Below, in pieces: positions 27,872 through 37,156 of a stretch of 62,763 nucleotides of DNA. Source of the stretch: Capsulimonadales bacterium (GTDB taxonomy: Bacteria; Armatimonadota; Armatimonadia; Armatimonadales; Armatimonadaceae). A program made the position numbers and the translations under genes. The notes under the pieces were generated by a model that was not told the origin of the DNA, searched no databases, and worked only from the letters and a program-made list of their open reading frames with translations. Where the stretch lies: assembly GCA_033762295.1 (NCBI GenBank), contig JANRLW010000089.1, positions 1 to 62,763 on the forward strand, read 5' to 3'. The first letter of the stretch is position 1; every line of letters starts with the position of its first letter.

Positions 27872-28774
27872 TCAGACGCGGTCCGGAACCGGTTCGTTGA
27901 CGCCGGCGACGACGATCCGTCCGTCCTCGACCTCGGTGACGACGATCGGGGTGTTGACGGGGAGGAAGTCGCCCTCGGTCACGACGGGGACGCGAATGCC
28001 ATTGAAATCGGCTTCACCGATCGGTCGGAGCGGGGTCAGGGTACGTCCGGTCTGTCCGGCCAGCACGGTCGTCACGACGGCGTTCCGCGCTTCGTCGGAG
28101 AGGCTGGGCAGGAAGGGGCTTTCGGGAAGTCCGTGTCCGTTGACCAGGGCTTGCTGTTGCATTTTGATGCGCAGTTCCCGCCAGGCGGGCGATTTGGGCA
28201 GGTAGGCGAGGAAGGCCAGTCCGCTGACGGCAATCAGGAAGGCGGTGATCGAGAGAGCGAAAGCGGGGTCCCGGGTGCCTCCCAGGCAAAGGAACATCCC
28301 GGCGAACATCAGGACGAAACCGAGCAGGGCGGACCCGAATCCGGGGAAAACGTGGACTTCGAGGAGAACGGCGGCCAGTCCGGCGAGCAGGAGAAGTTCA
28401 CCGACCCATCCGCGGTCTCCGGTGGCGATGAAGGCGGCGAAAACGACGCCCATGCAGATCACGCCGAGGGTGCCGGTAACGCCCCAGGTGGTGGGTGTCA
28501 GCAGGTCATGAAACAGGAGGAGGCATCCGGCGACGAGCAGAGCGATAGTGACATAGGGAATGGTGACGGTATTGGCCGCCTGAATCCAGAAAGGGGGGGA
28601 CGCCGCCGTTCCGGTGGTCTCCTGCGCGAAGCAGGCGAGCGCACTCCCGACCAGGCACAGCACCGCCAGGAGCCACCGTCCGAGGCGAGTGCGTGCGGCG
28701 GCGAACGTCCGACCGACGTTCTCGTGGGCGAGCCGTCGGTCGGATCGGAACCGATATTCCGGGTAAACGGTCAT
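27872..28774 (-). CDS. NfeD family membrane protein
   Basis: Multiple TM helices, LEVHVFPGFG, C-terminal GQTGRTLTPLRPIG..VVTEGDFL OB-fold. Confidence 0.88.
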   Translation of the reverse strand: MTVYPEYRFRSDRRLAHENVGRTFAAARTRLGRWLLAVLCLVGSALACFAQETTGTAASPPFWIQAANTVTIPYVTIALLVAGCLLLFHDLLTPTTWGVTGTLGVICMGVVFAAFIATGDRGWVGELLLLAGLAAVLLEVHVFPGFGSALLGFVLMFAGMFLCLGGTRDPAFALSITAFLIAVSGLAFLAYLPKSPAWRELRIKMQQQALVNGHGLPESPFLPSLSDEARNAVVTTVLAGQTGRTLTPLRPIGEADFNGIRVPVVTEGDFLPVNTPIVVTEVEDGRIVVAGVNEPVPDRV

Positions 28775-28805
28775 GATCCTTCTCCTTTGTTCCGTCGGGC
28801 CGACG

Positions 28806-29237
28806 TTAACGGTATCCCTCGCCTTCGCCGATCGGGAGGTTATCGGCCAGCAGGTATTTTCGGAGTCGGGTTTCGGTGGTCATGGCGAGCGCCTGAGTGA
28901 ACATGATGGCCCCGGCAGCGACGGTGCCGAGGAATTTGCCCGCCCGCAGGCGGAGTCGCGCCGCGATGGAGAGGCGTTCCTCGGCCTGTATGGCGGCGAT
29001 TTTCGGGGCCATTTCGGCCCAGATATCGAGAACGGGTTCGCGTTTGGGCAGCCGGTGGTGAAGAAAACCGAGCATGGCCGCCATTTCGCGTTCCTCCTGC
29101 GCGCAGGAGTCGCAATCCTTTAAGTGTCCTGTTACGCTCTGCCGGAGGGACGGTGGGAGTCCGCCCTCCATGTGGTCCGACAGTGCCTCACGGACGACCT
29201 GACACCGCATCGTGTTCGTGTCGTTTCCGCTGCTCAT
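28806..29237 (-). CDS. Zinc-finger (zf-HC2) anti-sigma factor
   Basis: CQVVREALSDHMEG...HLKDCDSC; ATGA-coupled to sigma gene. Confidence 0.9.
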   Translation of the reverse strand: MSSGNDTNTMRCQVVREALSDHMEGGLPPSLRQSVTGHLKDCDSCAQEEREMAAMLGFLHHRLPKREPVLDIWAEMAPKIAAIQAEERLSIAARLRLRAGKFLGTVAAGAIMFTQALAMTTETRLRKYLLADNLPIGEGEGYR

Positions 29238-29992
29238 CGTCCGACACCCCCTTCCAGAAGTTCGAGATAGGGCTGGAAGCGTTTTTTGAACGCCTGCCGG
29301 GCCCGGTGTATTTTGGATTTGACATTAACGATCGACAATTCGGTTACCTGTGAAATCTCCTCGTAGCTCAATTGTTCGAAGTCCCTCAGGATCAATAGCA
29401 TTCGGGCTTCGGCGGGCATGGTTTGCAGCAGATCATCGACCACGCGCTGCAGTTCCCGCGTTTCGCACATTCGATTGACGTTCATATCGACGTCGATCGG
29501 TTCGTTGCCCGGATGTTCCTCCTGGGACTCGTCGAGCGAGTCCTCTCCAATAACGTTTTTATGGCGCAAATGGTTCAAGCAGGTGTGTCGTGCAATAGTG
29601 AACAGCCAGGTGGAGAACTTGGCATCTCCGCGAAAGGAGCGCAAGTGCTTGTAGGCTTTCAGGAACACGTCCTGCGTCAGATCGTAGGCGTCTTCGCCTC
29701 GCACCATCCGGGTGACCAGATTGAAGATCGGCGTCTGGTATTTCCGGAACAGCGCTTCGAACGCCTTCGGGTCTCCGGCGAGATGCTGTCGGACGAGGAG
29801 TGCGTCGGGATCGGGCGCACGCATGGTCCGTGTCGGCAGGGCGGAGACGACGCTGCCGGGGGCGGTCGCGGCGACGGGTTTCGTTCCTCCCTTACCCAGA
29901 ACGGTCATCGTGACGTTATCTCCGGCCAGGATCGTCGATCCCAGCACCGCACTTGTCGCATTCGGCATCGGCGTTCGGACAGTGAAACGCAT
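29234..29992 (-). CDS. ECF RNA polymerase sigma factor
   Basis: GDPKAFEAL, DLTQDVFLKAY, FSTWLFTIA, LSYEEI...VKSKIHRAR; start uncertain. Confidence 0.94.
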   Translation of the reverse strand: MRFTVRTPMPNATSAVLGSTILAGDNVTMTVLGKGGTKPVAATAPGSVVSALPTRTMRAPDPDALLVRQHLAGDPKAFEALFRKYQTPIFNLVTRMVRGEDAYDLTQDVFLKAYKHLRSFRGDAKFSTWLFTIARHTCLNHLRHKNVIGEDSLDESQEEHPGNEPIDVDMNVNRMCETRELQRVVDDLLQTMPAEARMLLILRDFEQLSYEEISQVTELSIVNVKSKIHRARQAFKKRFQPYLELLEGGVGR

Positions 29993-30038
29993 CGTACATA
30001 CACCTTTTGACTCATCCTCAGGCCCGGTCGTTCCCGCG

Positions 30039-30998
30039 TTATCGCGGTTGCCGGGCCGACTCCCCGGCCGGGGGCGTTTTCGCGGGCGGTACATTCCCGT
30101 CGAACTTTCCGCCGGTCAGGTCACGGAAAAACTGTGCCCGCTGTTCGGGCGCAAGCGCATTGATCTTTTTCATGACGGCTGTCGCCTGGGATTGCATCTG
30201 TCCGAACAGGGCTTTTCGCGTTTCGGGGTCCATGTTCAGCAGGTTGTCGATCTGTTGTTCGATGGCCCGTAGGCGTTGCTCCGGGCTCATGGCCATATAG
30301 TTGCGAAGCCCTTCGGCCTGTAGACGCGCAGATTTGCCGACGAGGTTTTCGGAGCCGGGGTTACTGAGCAGCAGGACGGGTTTCAGGCGCAGAGTGGCGA
30401 GCAGAGGCGCGGCCTCCTCCGGTGAAAGGCGTCGTCCGGCGACGTCGAGCATCGGTCGGCGTGGGGTATCGCCGGTCGGCGTTTGGGTGGCAAGGGTGAC
30501 TTCCTGCATCTGACAGAGCTGCGCTAGCAGGTCGGCATCCGGAATCGGGCTTTCGGCCGGTACGGCGACCCAGCGGACGACGGTTCCGGGGATCAGTCGA
30601 GCGATACCATCGGCCAGTTCGGGCAGGGTGAGCGTTCCGGTACGAAAGGTGACGGGCGTCGCGGCAACGACGCTGTCGGCCAGGATGGGGATACCGACGC
30701 GTTTCGAGAGATCGGGCAGGAGTTCGGCGACCGGCGTTCGGTCCGCGTTCATGGGCGCGATCGGCAGTTTCAGCGCATCCTTCCAGTTTTCGGTCGGCAT
30801 CGTCTTAGCGGCTTTGCCTGTCTGGTCGGCTTTGCCGGTTTCGCTCGCTTTGTTCGCTTTCGTTGCCGGGGCCGGTCCGGCGGCGGAAGGCGTGTTCGGC
30901 GACTGGGCTTTCGCCGTCGGTGCGAGCAGGGCAAGACCGAGCGCGGCGAAACCGAACGCGCGCCCTGGCCGTGCCCCCCTGTTTCCCAAATTCATCAT
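30039..30998 (-). CDS. Secreted hypothetical protein (possible STN-like domain)
   Basis: Signal peptide ending AKAQ; PVAELLPDLSKRVGIPILAD; AGGAG RBS. Confidence 0.7.
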   Translation of the reverse strand: MMNLGNRGARPGRAFGFAALGLALLAPTAKAQSPNTPSAAGPAPATKANKASETGKADQTGKAAKTMPTENWKDALKLPIAPMNADRTPVAELLPDLSKRVGIPILADSVVAATPVTFRTGTLTLPELADGIARLIPGTVVRWVAVPAESPIPDADLLAQLCQMQEVTLATQTPTGDTPRRPMLDVAGRRLSPEEAAPLLATLRLKPVLLLSNPGSENLVGKSARLQAEGLRNYMAMSPEQRLRAIEQQIDNLLNMDPETRKALFGQMQSQATAVMKKINALAPEQRAQFFRDLTGGKFDGNVPPAKTPPAGESARQPR

Positions 30999-31152
30999 TT
31001 CCGATATCTCCTGAAAGGAAGACAATCCGCGCCGAATTTTGTTGCGCACTCCCATGTTCGCTTTCCCGAATCGTGGTATAAGGGTTTTATGGGGGAGCGA
31101 GCGGTCGATGGTCGGATCGACGTGGAATCGCCGACTAATTTGGTCGGAGCTA

Positions 31153-31181
31153 TTGACGTGACGTGGTCCGGGCGGTAGTAT
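31153..31181 (+). promoter_or_regulatory. Sigma70-type promoter of feo operon
   Basis: TTGACG-N17-TAGTAT. Confidence 0.6.
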
Positions 31182-31353
31182 GGATTCACGGATCGTTAAC
31201 ACCAATGTAACGTCCCCGGCGACTTTCGAAACGGGTTCCGGATCGGAGTCGAAATTGCCGAATTAACGGTTGGGAGTTTGTTTCTCGCCTCTTCATCGTT
31301 CAGTTTTGTCAGTCCTGTTGGCGCGTTCGGATGCGAGGTTAGCCGTGAAGCGT

Positions 31354-31752
31354 ATGCAGTGTGAGCCGGTTTGCTCACTGGGTCTGAAGGAGTGTTCGCT
31401 CGACTGCCTGGGGCGCGGCCAGAAGGGTCGTGTCAGTGTGGTCGCGGGCCCGAATCGTTGCCGGCTTCTGGAACTGGGCTTTACCCGGGGTACGGAGGTG
31501 GAGGTTTCGCGGCGGGCGGCGTTCGGCGGGCCGATGGAGGTCCGACTACGTTCCTATCGTCTATCGCTTCGCATGGATGAAGCGGCGTCGATTCATGTGG
31601 AAACGGACGACGACCGGACGGCGCCCTGCGGGAGACCGTGGGAGGAGATGGCGGCGAACTGTGTGACGGCGTTGAACAAGATGGTGGTCCGCCCCTCGGA
31701 AACGGCGTCCGATCCCACGTCCGCCGAACCGTCTCCGGGAGCGGAATCGTGA
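31354..31752 (+). CDS. feoA: Ferrous iron transport protein A
   Basis: RLLELGFTRGTEV...AAFGGPMEV.LRSYRLSLR. Confidence 0.9.
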   Translation: MQCEPVCSLGLKECSLDCLGRGQKGRVSVVAGPNRCRLLELGFTRGTEVEVSRRAAFGGPMEVRLRSYRLSLRMDEAASIHVETDDDRTAPCGRPWEEMAANCVTALNKMVVRPSETASDPTSAEPSPGAES

Positions 31753-33935
31753 CAGGCGGCGCGGCCGCCGTATCCGATGCACCGACCGTCCCCTCCCCGC
31801 CGAAACGCCTCACTCTGGCCCTGGTCGGAAACCCGAACAGCGGCAAGACGACCCTTTTCAACGCTCTGACCGGATTACGCCAGAAGGTCGGCAACTATCC
31901 GGGAGTAACCGTCGAGCGAAAAGAGGGCAGTCTGGTTTTGCCGGGTCTGGGCAGCCTTCGTCTGATCGATCTTCCGGGTCTGTACTCCCTGACGCCACAT
32001 TCGCCGGATGAGCGGATCGCGCGGGACGTTCTGCTGGGGTATCGGAGCGATTCTCCCCGTCCGGACGCGATTCTCAATGTAGTGGATGCGTCCAACCTCG
32101 AGCGAAACCTCTATCTGACCTCTCAGCTGGCGGATCTCGGGCTGCCGGTGATTGTCGCGCTGACCATGACGGATACGGCCCTTCAGCACGGGATTCGCGT
32201 CGATGCGGAGGCATTGTCGCGTGCGCTCGGGATTCCGGTGGTGCCGGTGGTGGCATCCCGCCGTCAGGGTTTCGAGGCGCTGTATTCCGCCCTGGACCGT
32301 CTGCCGGAGCAGTCTCCGCCCCCGGCGCGGGAGTGGCGGCTTCCGGCGGCGGTCGAGGAGGAGGTGGCGGAGTTAACGGCCCTGCTCCAGCGGGACCATC
32401 CTCTGCGCCCGACGGAAGCGTTCTCGGAGGCGTTGCTGCTTCTGGGACTGCCGGAGGAGCGTGACGAGGCGCACCTTCCGCGCTGGTCCCCGGCGATCCA
32501 GGAGCATCTTCGCGGCGACCGGATGCGTCTCGCTTCGGAGGGGGTGGATGTTTCGGTGGCGATCGCGGAGGCGCGGTACGCGGATGTGGGGCGTGCGGTC
32601 AGTCGTTCCCTGCGTCGGGAGTCGGTGCCGCCGGTTTCGCTTTCGGACCGGCTGGACGCGGTCTTTCTGCACCGGTTCTGGGGGTATGTGATCTTCCTGC
32701 TGGTGATGCTCCTGGTGTTTCAGGCGATGTTTTCGTGGGCTTCGTATCCGGCGGACCTGATTCAGGCGGGGGTGGACCGGATCGGACAGGAAGTGGCGGC
32801 GCGGATGCCGGAGGGGGACCTTCGGGATTTGATCATCAACGGCATTCTGGGCGGTGTCGGAAGCACGGTGGTCTTTCTGCCGCAGATTCTTCTGTTGTTC
32901 CTTTTCATATCGACCCTGGAGGATACGGGCTATCTGGCGCGGGCCGCGTTTCTGATGGACCGGTTGATGAGTCGGGTCGGTTTGCACGGGAAATCCTTTA
33001 TTCCTCTGTTGTCGTCGTATGCGTGTGCGATTCCGGGCATTCTGGCGACGCGGACGATCGACTCGCAGCGGGCGCGGACGTTGACGATTCTGGTGGCTCC
33101 GTTGATGTCCTGTTCGGCGCGTCTGCCGGTCTACGGGGTCATGATCGGGGCGTTCATTCCGGCGGTCACGGTGGTCGGCGTCCATATCGGCGGTTTTTCG
33201 GTCGGGTTGACGTTGCCGACCCTCACGTTGTTCGCGATGTACGCTCTGGGGACGGTCATGGCGTTCGCGATGGCAGCGTTATTCAACCGGACGCTGTTGC
33301 GGGGCGATCCGCCGTCGTTCCTGCTGGAGATGCCGCCGTACCGTCTGCCGTCGTTCCGAACGGTCGTCTTTCAGATGCTGGAGCGGGCGTGGCTGTTTTT
33401 GAAACGCGCCGGGACGGTCATTCTGTCGCTGTCGGTCGTTCTCTGGTTTCTGTCCTCGTATCCGAAAATGCCTCCGGAGGCTCCGGCGTCGGAGCGGTTG
33501 TATCACAGTTACGCGGGGCGTCTGGGGCGGATTCTGGAACCGGTCATCCGACCTCTGGGTTTCGACTGGAAGATCGGGATCGGTCTGATTTCGTCGTTCG
33601 CGGCGCGTGAGGTGTTCGTCACGGCGATGGGGACGGTGTACAACGTCGGCGAGGATACGGCGAGCGACGAGGAGAAGCTGAGTACGGCGGTCGGGGACAA
33701 GATGCGGGAGGACCGGGACCCTCGCACGGGTCGGCGGGTTTTCACGCCGCTCGTGGCGGTCGCTTTGATGGTGTACTATGTGCTGGCGATGCAGTGTATC
33801 AGTACGGTGGCGGTCGTTCGTCGGGAGACGAACTCCTGGTACTGGACGATCTTCCAGCTGGTCTATATGACGGTTCTTGCCTGGGTGGTCACCTTTGTGG
33901 TGTATCAGGGCGGGAGGGCGCTGGGATGGGGTTGA
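31749..33935 (+). CDS. feoB: Ferrous iron transport protein B
   Basis: GNPNSGKT, VGNYPGVTVE, DLPG, CSARLP, FAAREV. Confidence 0.97.
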   Translation: MTGGAAAVSDAPTVPSPPKRLTLALVGNPNSGKTTLFNALTGLRQKVGNYPGVTVERKEGSLVLPGLGSLRLIDLPGLYSLTPHSPDERIARDVLLGYRSDSPRPDAILNVVDASNLERNLYLTSQLADLGLPVIVALTMTDTALQHGIRVDAEALSRALGIPVVPVVASRRQGFEALYSALDRLPEQSPPPAREWRLPAAVEEEVAELTALLQRDHPLRPTEAFSEALLLLGLPEERDEAHLPRWSPAIQEHLRGDRMRLASEGVDVSVAIAEARYADVGRAVSRSLRRESVPPVSLSDRLDAVFLHRFWGYVIFLLVMLLVFQAMFSWASYPADLIQAGVDRIGQEVAARMPEGDLRDLIINGILGGVGSTVVFLPQILLLFLFISTLEDTGYLARAAFLMDRLMSRVGLHGKSFIPLLSSYACAIPGILATRTIDSQRARTLTILVAPLMSCSARLPVYGVMIGAFIPAVTVVGVHIGGFSVGLTLPTLTLFAMYALGTVMAFAMAALFNRTLLRGDPPSFLLEMPPYRLPSFRTVVFQMLERAWLFLKRAGTVILSLSVVLWFLSSYPKMPPEAPASERLYHSYAGRLGRILEPVIRPLGFDWKIGIGLISSFAAREVFVTAMGTVYNVGEDTASDEEKLSTAVGDKMREDRDPRTGRRVFTPLVAVALMVYYVLAMQCISTVAVVRRETNSWYWTIFQLVYMTVLAWVVTFVVYQGGRALGWG

Positions 33936-34192
33936 TGGGGATTTTCGCCCGGGTGTCGGGGGACTGGCAGCAGTCGGTCACTCTCGGCGCGGTTCTGGTC
34001 GCATCGCTATTCCTGCTCCGGCATATCGTCCGGAGCGTTCGACCGAACGGCGAGGAGGGGTGCGCCGGATGCGGCGGTTGTGGGAAGCCGAACGAGCATC
34101 GTCCGGGTTTGCGTCCCGCGCCGCAGGCGAAACCTCTGGTGACGCTGTCGCCGGCTCCGCGCCGTCGTCCGTCCCCTCCGACCGGTTCGTAA
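33935..34192 (+). CDS. FeoB-associated Cys-rich membrane protein
   Basis: TGATG coupling; single TM followed by GCAGCGGC. Confidence 0.8.
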   Translation: MGIFARVSGDWQQSVTLGAVLVASLFLLRHIVRSVRPNGEEGCAGCGGCGKPNEHRPGLRPAPQAKPLVTLSPAPRRRPSPPTGS

Positions 34193-34292
34193 CCGCAACG
34201 CTTCGTAACCGGAACGGCGGACCGGGTGTCTTTGTATAAGAGGGTAGGGGGCGTTTCGGCCTCCGCGAAGGGGAGCGAAAGCGACACGCGAC

Positions 34293-35237
34293 ATGCTCGG
34301 GCAAAACTTCAGGGGTCAGAATTTTGATGATCGGACGCCGCTGTCGGAGGCGGAGATGCGTCGGGTCATGGATTTGCACGACGAACGGACCGGACTGGGT
34401 TCGGCGGCATCGGTTCGTCGGGCCGCGTCGGCGGACGTTTCGGCGGCGAACCGTCCGACGGTCGGCGATGTGGCGGAGCTTCTGGGGGTAACGCCGGCAG
34501 AGGTGTTGCAGTTACTGGGACGGGTTCGCGAGGAGGAGCGTCAGCGGGCGGCGCGTCGGGCGGAGATGCGGGTTCCGACGCCGCCGCAGGTGACGACCGG
34601 CGCTCCCACGTATTCGGCGGCTCCGCCGGGAACGACGGTCATTCAGAACGTGATCGTCGACTCGCACGCCCACCTTTTCCGGCGGTTTGAGGATCGGAAC
34701 GGCCATTTCACGGCGACGTGGAACTGGGGGGCGTTCTGGTTCGGCCCGCTCTGGTACTTTTACAAAGGGATGTGGGCCAAGGGGCTACTTTACACGTTGC
34801 TTTATTTCACGACGGTCGCGCCGACGTTCGGCACGGTGACGCTGTTGTTTCCGCTCTTCCTGGCGTTGATGGGGAACTTCGACTACTATCTGCTTCGCTG
34901 CCACGATACGCAACTCTGGGACCGGAAACGAACGCTTCCTCGTGCGCCATGGCCGGTTTCGCAGGCGGCTCCCACTCCGTCGGCGGGAACGTTCGAATCG
35001 GGACCGGGCGTTGTGGCGGAACCGGATTTGCATCAGACGGCCCGGAAGCTGCAGGTGCTGCGGGAAACCTACGATCGCGGCCTGATTACGCAGTCGGAAT
35101 TTGAGGAGAAACGGCTTGCTCTGTTGAACGAAGTGGAGAATCACGCGGATTTGAAACGACTGGCGGAAGCGCACCGTCTCGGCCTGCTGACCGAGGAGGA
35201 GTACGAGATCAAACGGGCCGCGCTTCTTTACCGCTGA
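34293..35237 (+). CDS. Membrane protein with DUF2628-like domain and two SHOCT repeats
   Basis: WNWGAFWFGPLWYFYKGMW; GLITQSEFEEKR and GLLTEEEYEIKR. Confidence 0.82.
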   Translation: MLGQNFRGQNFDDRTPLSEAEMRRVMDLHDERTGLGSAASVRRAASADVSAANRPTVGDVAELLGVTPAEVLQLLGRVREEERQRAARRAEMRVPTPPQVTTGAPTYSAAPPGTTVIQNVIVDSHAHLFRRFEDRNGHFTATWNWGAFWFGPLWYFYKGMWAKGLLYTLLYFTTVAPTFGTVTLLFPLFLALMGNFDYYLLRCHDTQLWDRKRTLPRAPWPVSQAAPTPSAGTFESGPGVVAEPDLHQTARKLQVLRETYDRGLITQSEFEEKRLALLNEVENHADLKRLAEAHRLGLLTEEEYEIKRAALLYR

Positions 35238-35254
35238 TTCGGAACGGGGCCGTC

Positions 35255-36061
35255 ATGCGAATCATTCGATATCAGGACGCGATGGGTGTCGTCGGCTTTG
35301 CGGCCGACCGGGGCGACGGAACGGCGCGGGTGGTGGAGGGCGATCTTTTCGGCGAATTCACCGTCACGGAGGCGGTGGCGCAGGTCACGCGTGTGCTGGC
35401 GCCGATCGTTCCGACCGCGATTCTCTGCACGGGGATGAACTACCGGAAGCACGCGGAGGAGACGGGCGCGAAGATTCCGGAGTACCCGGTGTTGTTTGTC
35501 AAGGGTCCGAACAGTGTGCAGGACCCGGACGAACCGATCGTTTTGCCGCGTTTTTTGCGCAGCGACGAGGTGGATTTCGAGTGCGAACTGGCGGTGGTGA
35601 TCGGGCGGCCCTGTAAGAACGTTCGCGCGGAGGACGCGCTGGACTACGTTCTGGGTTATACGTGCGCGAATGATGTTTCGGCGCGCGACTGGCAGATCAC
35701 ACGTGGCGGTTCGCAGTGGTGTCGGGGGAAATTTTTCGATACGTTCTGTCCGCTCGGTCCGGCGCTGGTCACCCCCGACTCGATTCCGGACCCGAACGCT
35801 CTCTCGATCCGGACGGTCTTGAACGGCGAAACGGTTCAGGATTCGACGACGTCGGACATGATTTTCAACGTTCCTCGATTGATCGAGTTTTATTCCGGAA
35901 GCTGCACGCTGTCGCCGGGGACTGTGATTCTGACGGGGACGCCGTCGGGGGTCGGTATGGCGCGTAAGCCACCGCTCTGGCTGAAGGGCGGCGACGTGGT
36001 GACGATCGAGATCGAGGGGATCGGTTCGCTGACGAATCCGGTGGTCGAGGAATCGATTTAG
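35255..36061 (+). CDS. Fumarylacetoacetate hydrolase family protein
   Basis: GMNYRKH, VDFECELAVVIG, NDVSARDWQ, GKFFDTFCPLGP, TGTPSGVG. Confidence 0.95.
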   Translation: MRIIRYQDAMGVVGFAADRGDGTARVVEGDLFGEFTVTEAVAQVTRVLAPIVPTAILCTGMNYRKHAEETGAKIPEYPVLFVKGPNSVQDPDEPIVLPRFLRSDEVDFECELAVVIGRPCKNVRAEDALDYVLGYTCANDVSARDWQITRGGSQWCRGKFFDTFCPLGPALVTPDSIPDPNALSIRTVLNGETVQDSTTSDMIFNVPRLIEFYSGSCTLSPGTVILTGTPSGVGMARKPPLWLKGGDVVTIEIEGIGSLTNPVVEESI

Positions 36062-36091
36062 GGTCGATCCGATGGCGGTCCGGGGGGCGAC

Positions 36092-37099
36092 CTACCACTC
36101 GCCCTTGCGGGACCGGGTCATGAGCGAGGCGACCGCTTCGCGCGGGGCGAGTCCGTCGAACAGAAGCGCGGCGACGGTCCGGCAGACGGGCATTTCGACT
36201 CCCTTTCGTTCGGCGAGCGAGCGCAGCGCCCTGGCGGTGGGCACCCCTTCGGCGACCTGTCCGAGCCGTTGCAGCAGATCGTCGAGTGGTTCTCCCCGGG
36301 CGATTCCCTCTCCGACCCGCCAGTTTCTGGACAATCGGGATGCGGCAGTGGCCATGAGGTCTCCGACGCCGGCCAGTCCGAAGAAGGTTTCGGCGTCCGC
36401 TCCGAGAGCGACGCCGAAGCGGGTCATTTCCGCGAGCCCGCGAGTTAGCAGGGCGGCCTTGGTATTCTCTCCGAAGCCGAGTCCGTCGGAGACGCCTGCG
36501 GCAATGGCGAGGACATTTTTGACGGCTCCCCCGATTTCGACTCCGATCCGGTCGTTCCCGGTGTAGACCCGATAAGTCGGGCCGTTGAAGCGGTCGGCGA
36601 CATGTTCGGCGGCGGTTCGTTCGGGGCAGGCGGCGACGGCGGCGGTCGGGATGCCTCGGGCGACTTCGAGGGCCAGATTCGGGCCGGACAGGGCGACGAT
36701 ATCGGGCGCGACCCGGTCGGTTCCCAGGACGTCTTCGGCGACTTCGGCGGGGAGCAGACAGGAGTCGGCTTCCAGGCCTTTAGCTGCCAGGACGAGGAAT
36801 CGGGCGGAATCGGGGAGGGGCAGGCAGCGGGTCAGGACGTCTCGGACGCCGGCCGAGGGCACGGCGACGACGAGCATTTCGGCACCGGCGAGGGCTTCGT
36901 TCAGGTCGCCGGTCGGGGCGACGGATTCGGGTAGCGGGAATCCGGGCAAGTATCGACGGTTTTCCCGGTGTTCACGCAGGGCGTGCACCTGGGATTCGTT
37001 TCGGTCCCAGAGGGCGACGGATCGGTGGTTCTGCGCCAGAAGCAGGGCGAGGGCGGTCCCCCAGGAACCGCCCCCGAGTACGGTCGTTCGGCCATCCAT
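36092..37099 (-). CDS. gpsA: NAD(P)H-dependent glycerol-3-phosphate dehydrogenase
   Basis: GGGSWGTALA, SGPNLA, GAVKNVLAI, GVGDL.AT..S.LSRN. Confidence 0.97.
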   Translation of the reverse strand: MDGRTTVLGGGSWGTALALLLAQNHRSVALWDRNESQVHALREHRENRRYLPGFPLPESVAPTGDLNEALAGAEMLVVAVPSAGVRDVLTRCLPLPDSARFLVLAAKGLEADSCLLPAEVAEDVLGTDRVAPDIVALSGPNLALEVARGIPTAAVAACPERTAAEHVADRFNGPTYRVYTGNDRIGVEIGGAVKNVLAIAAGVSDGLGFGENTKAALLTRGLAEMTRFGVALGADAETFFGLAGVGDLMATAASRLSRNWRVGEGIARGEPLDDLLQRLGQVAEGVPTARALRSLAERKGVEMPVCRTVAALLFDGLAPREAVASLMTRSRKGEW

Positions 37100-37156
37100 G
37101 CCGCGCATTATACGGACCCGCCCCGGTTCGTGCCAGAATCCGGGGCGGAGGTAGGG

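Noticed and set aside
34186..34210. Direct repeat TTCGTAACC x2 after the feo operon
   Set aside because: Only 9 bp, two copies, overlapping a stop codon; could be chance.
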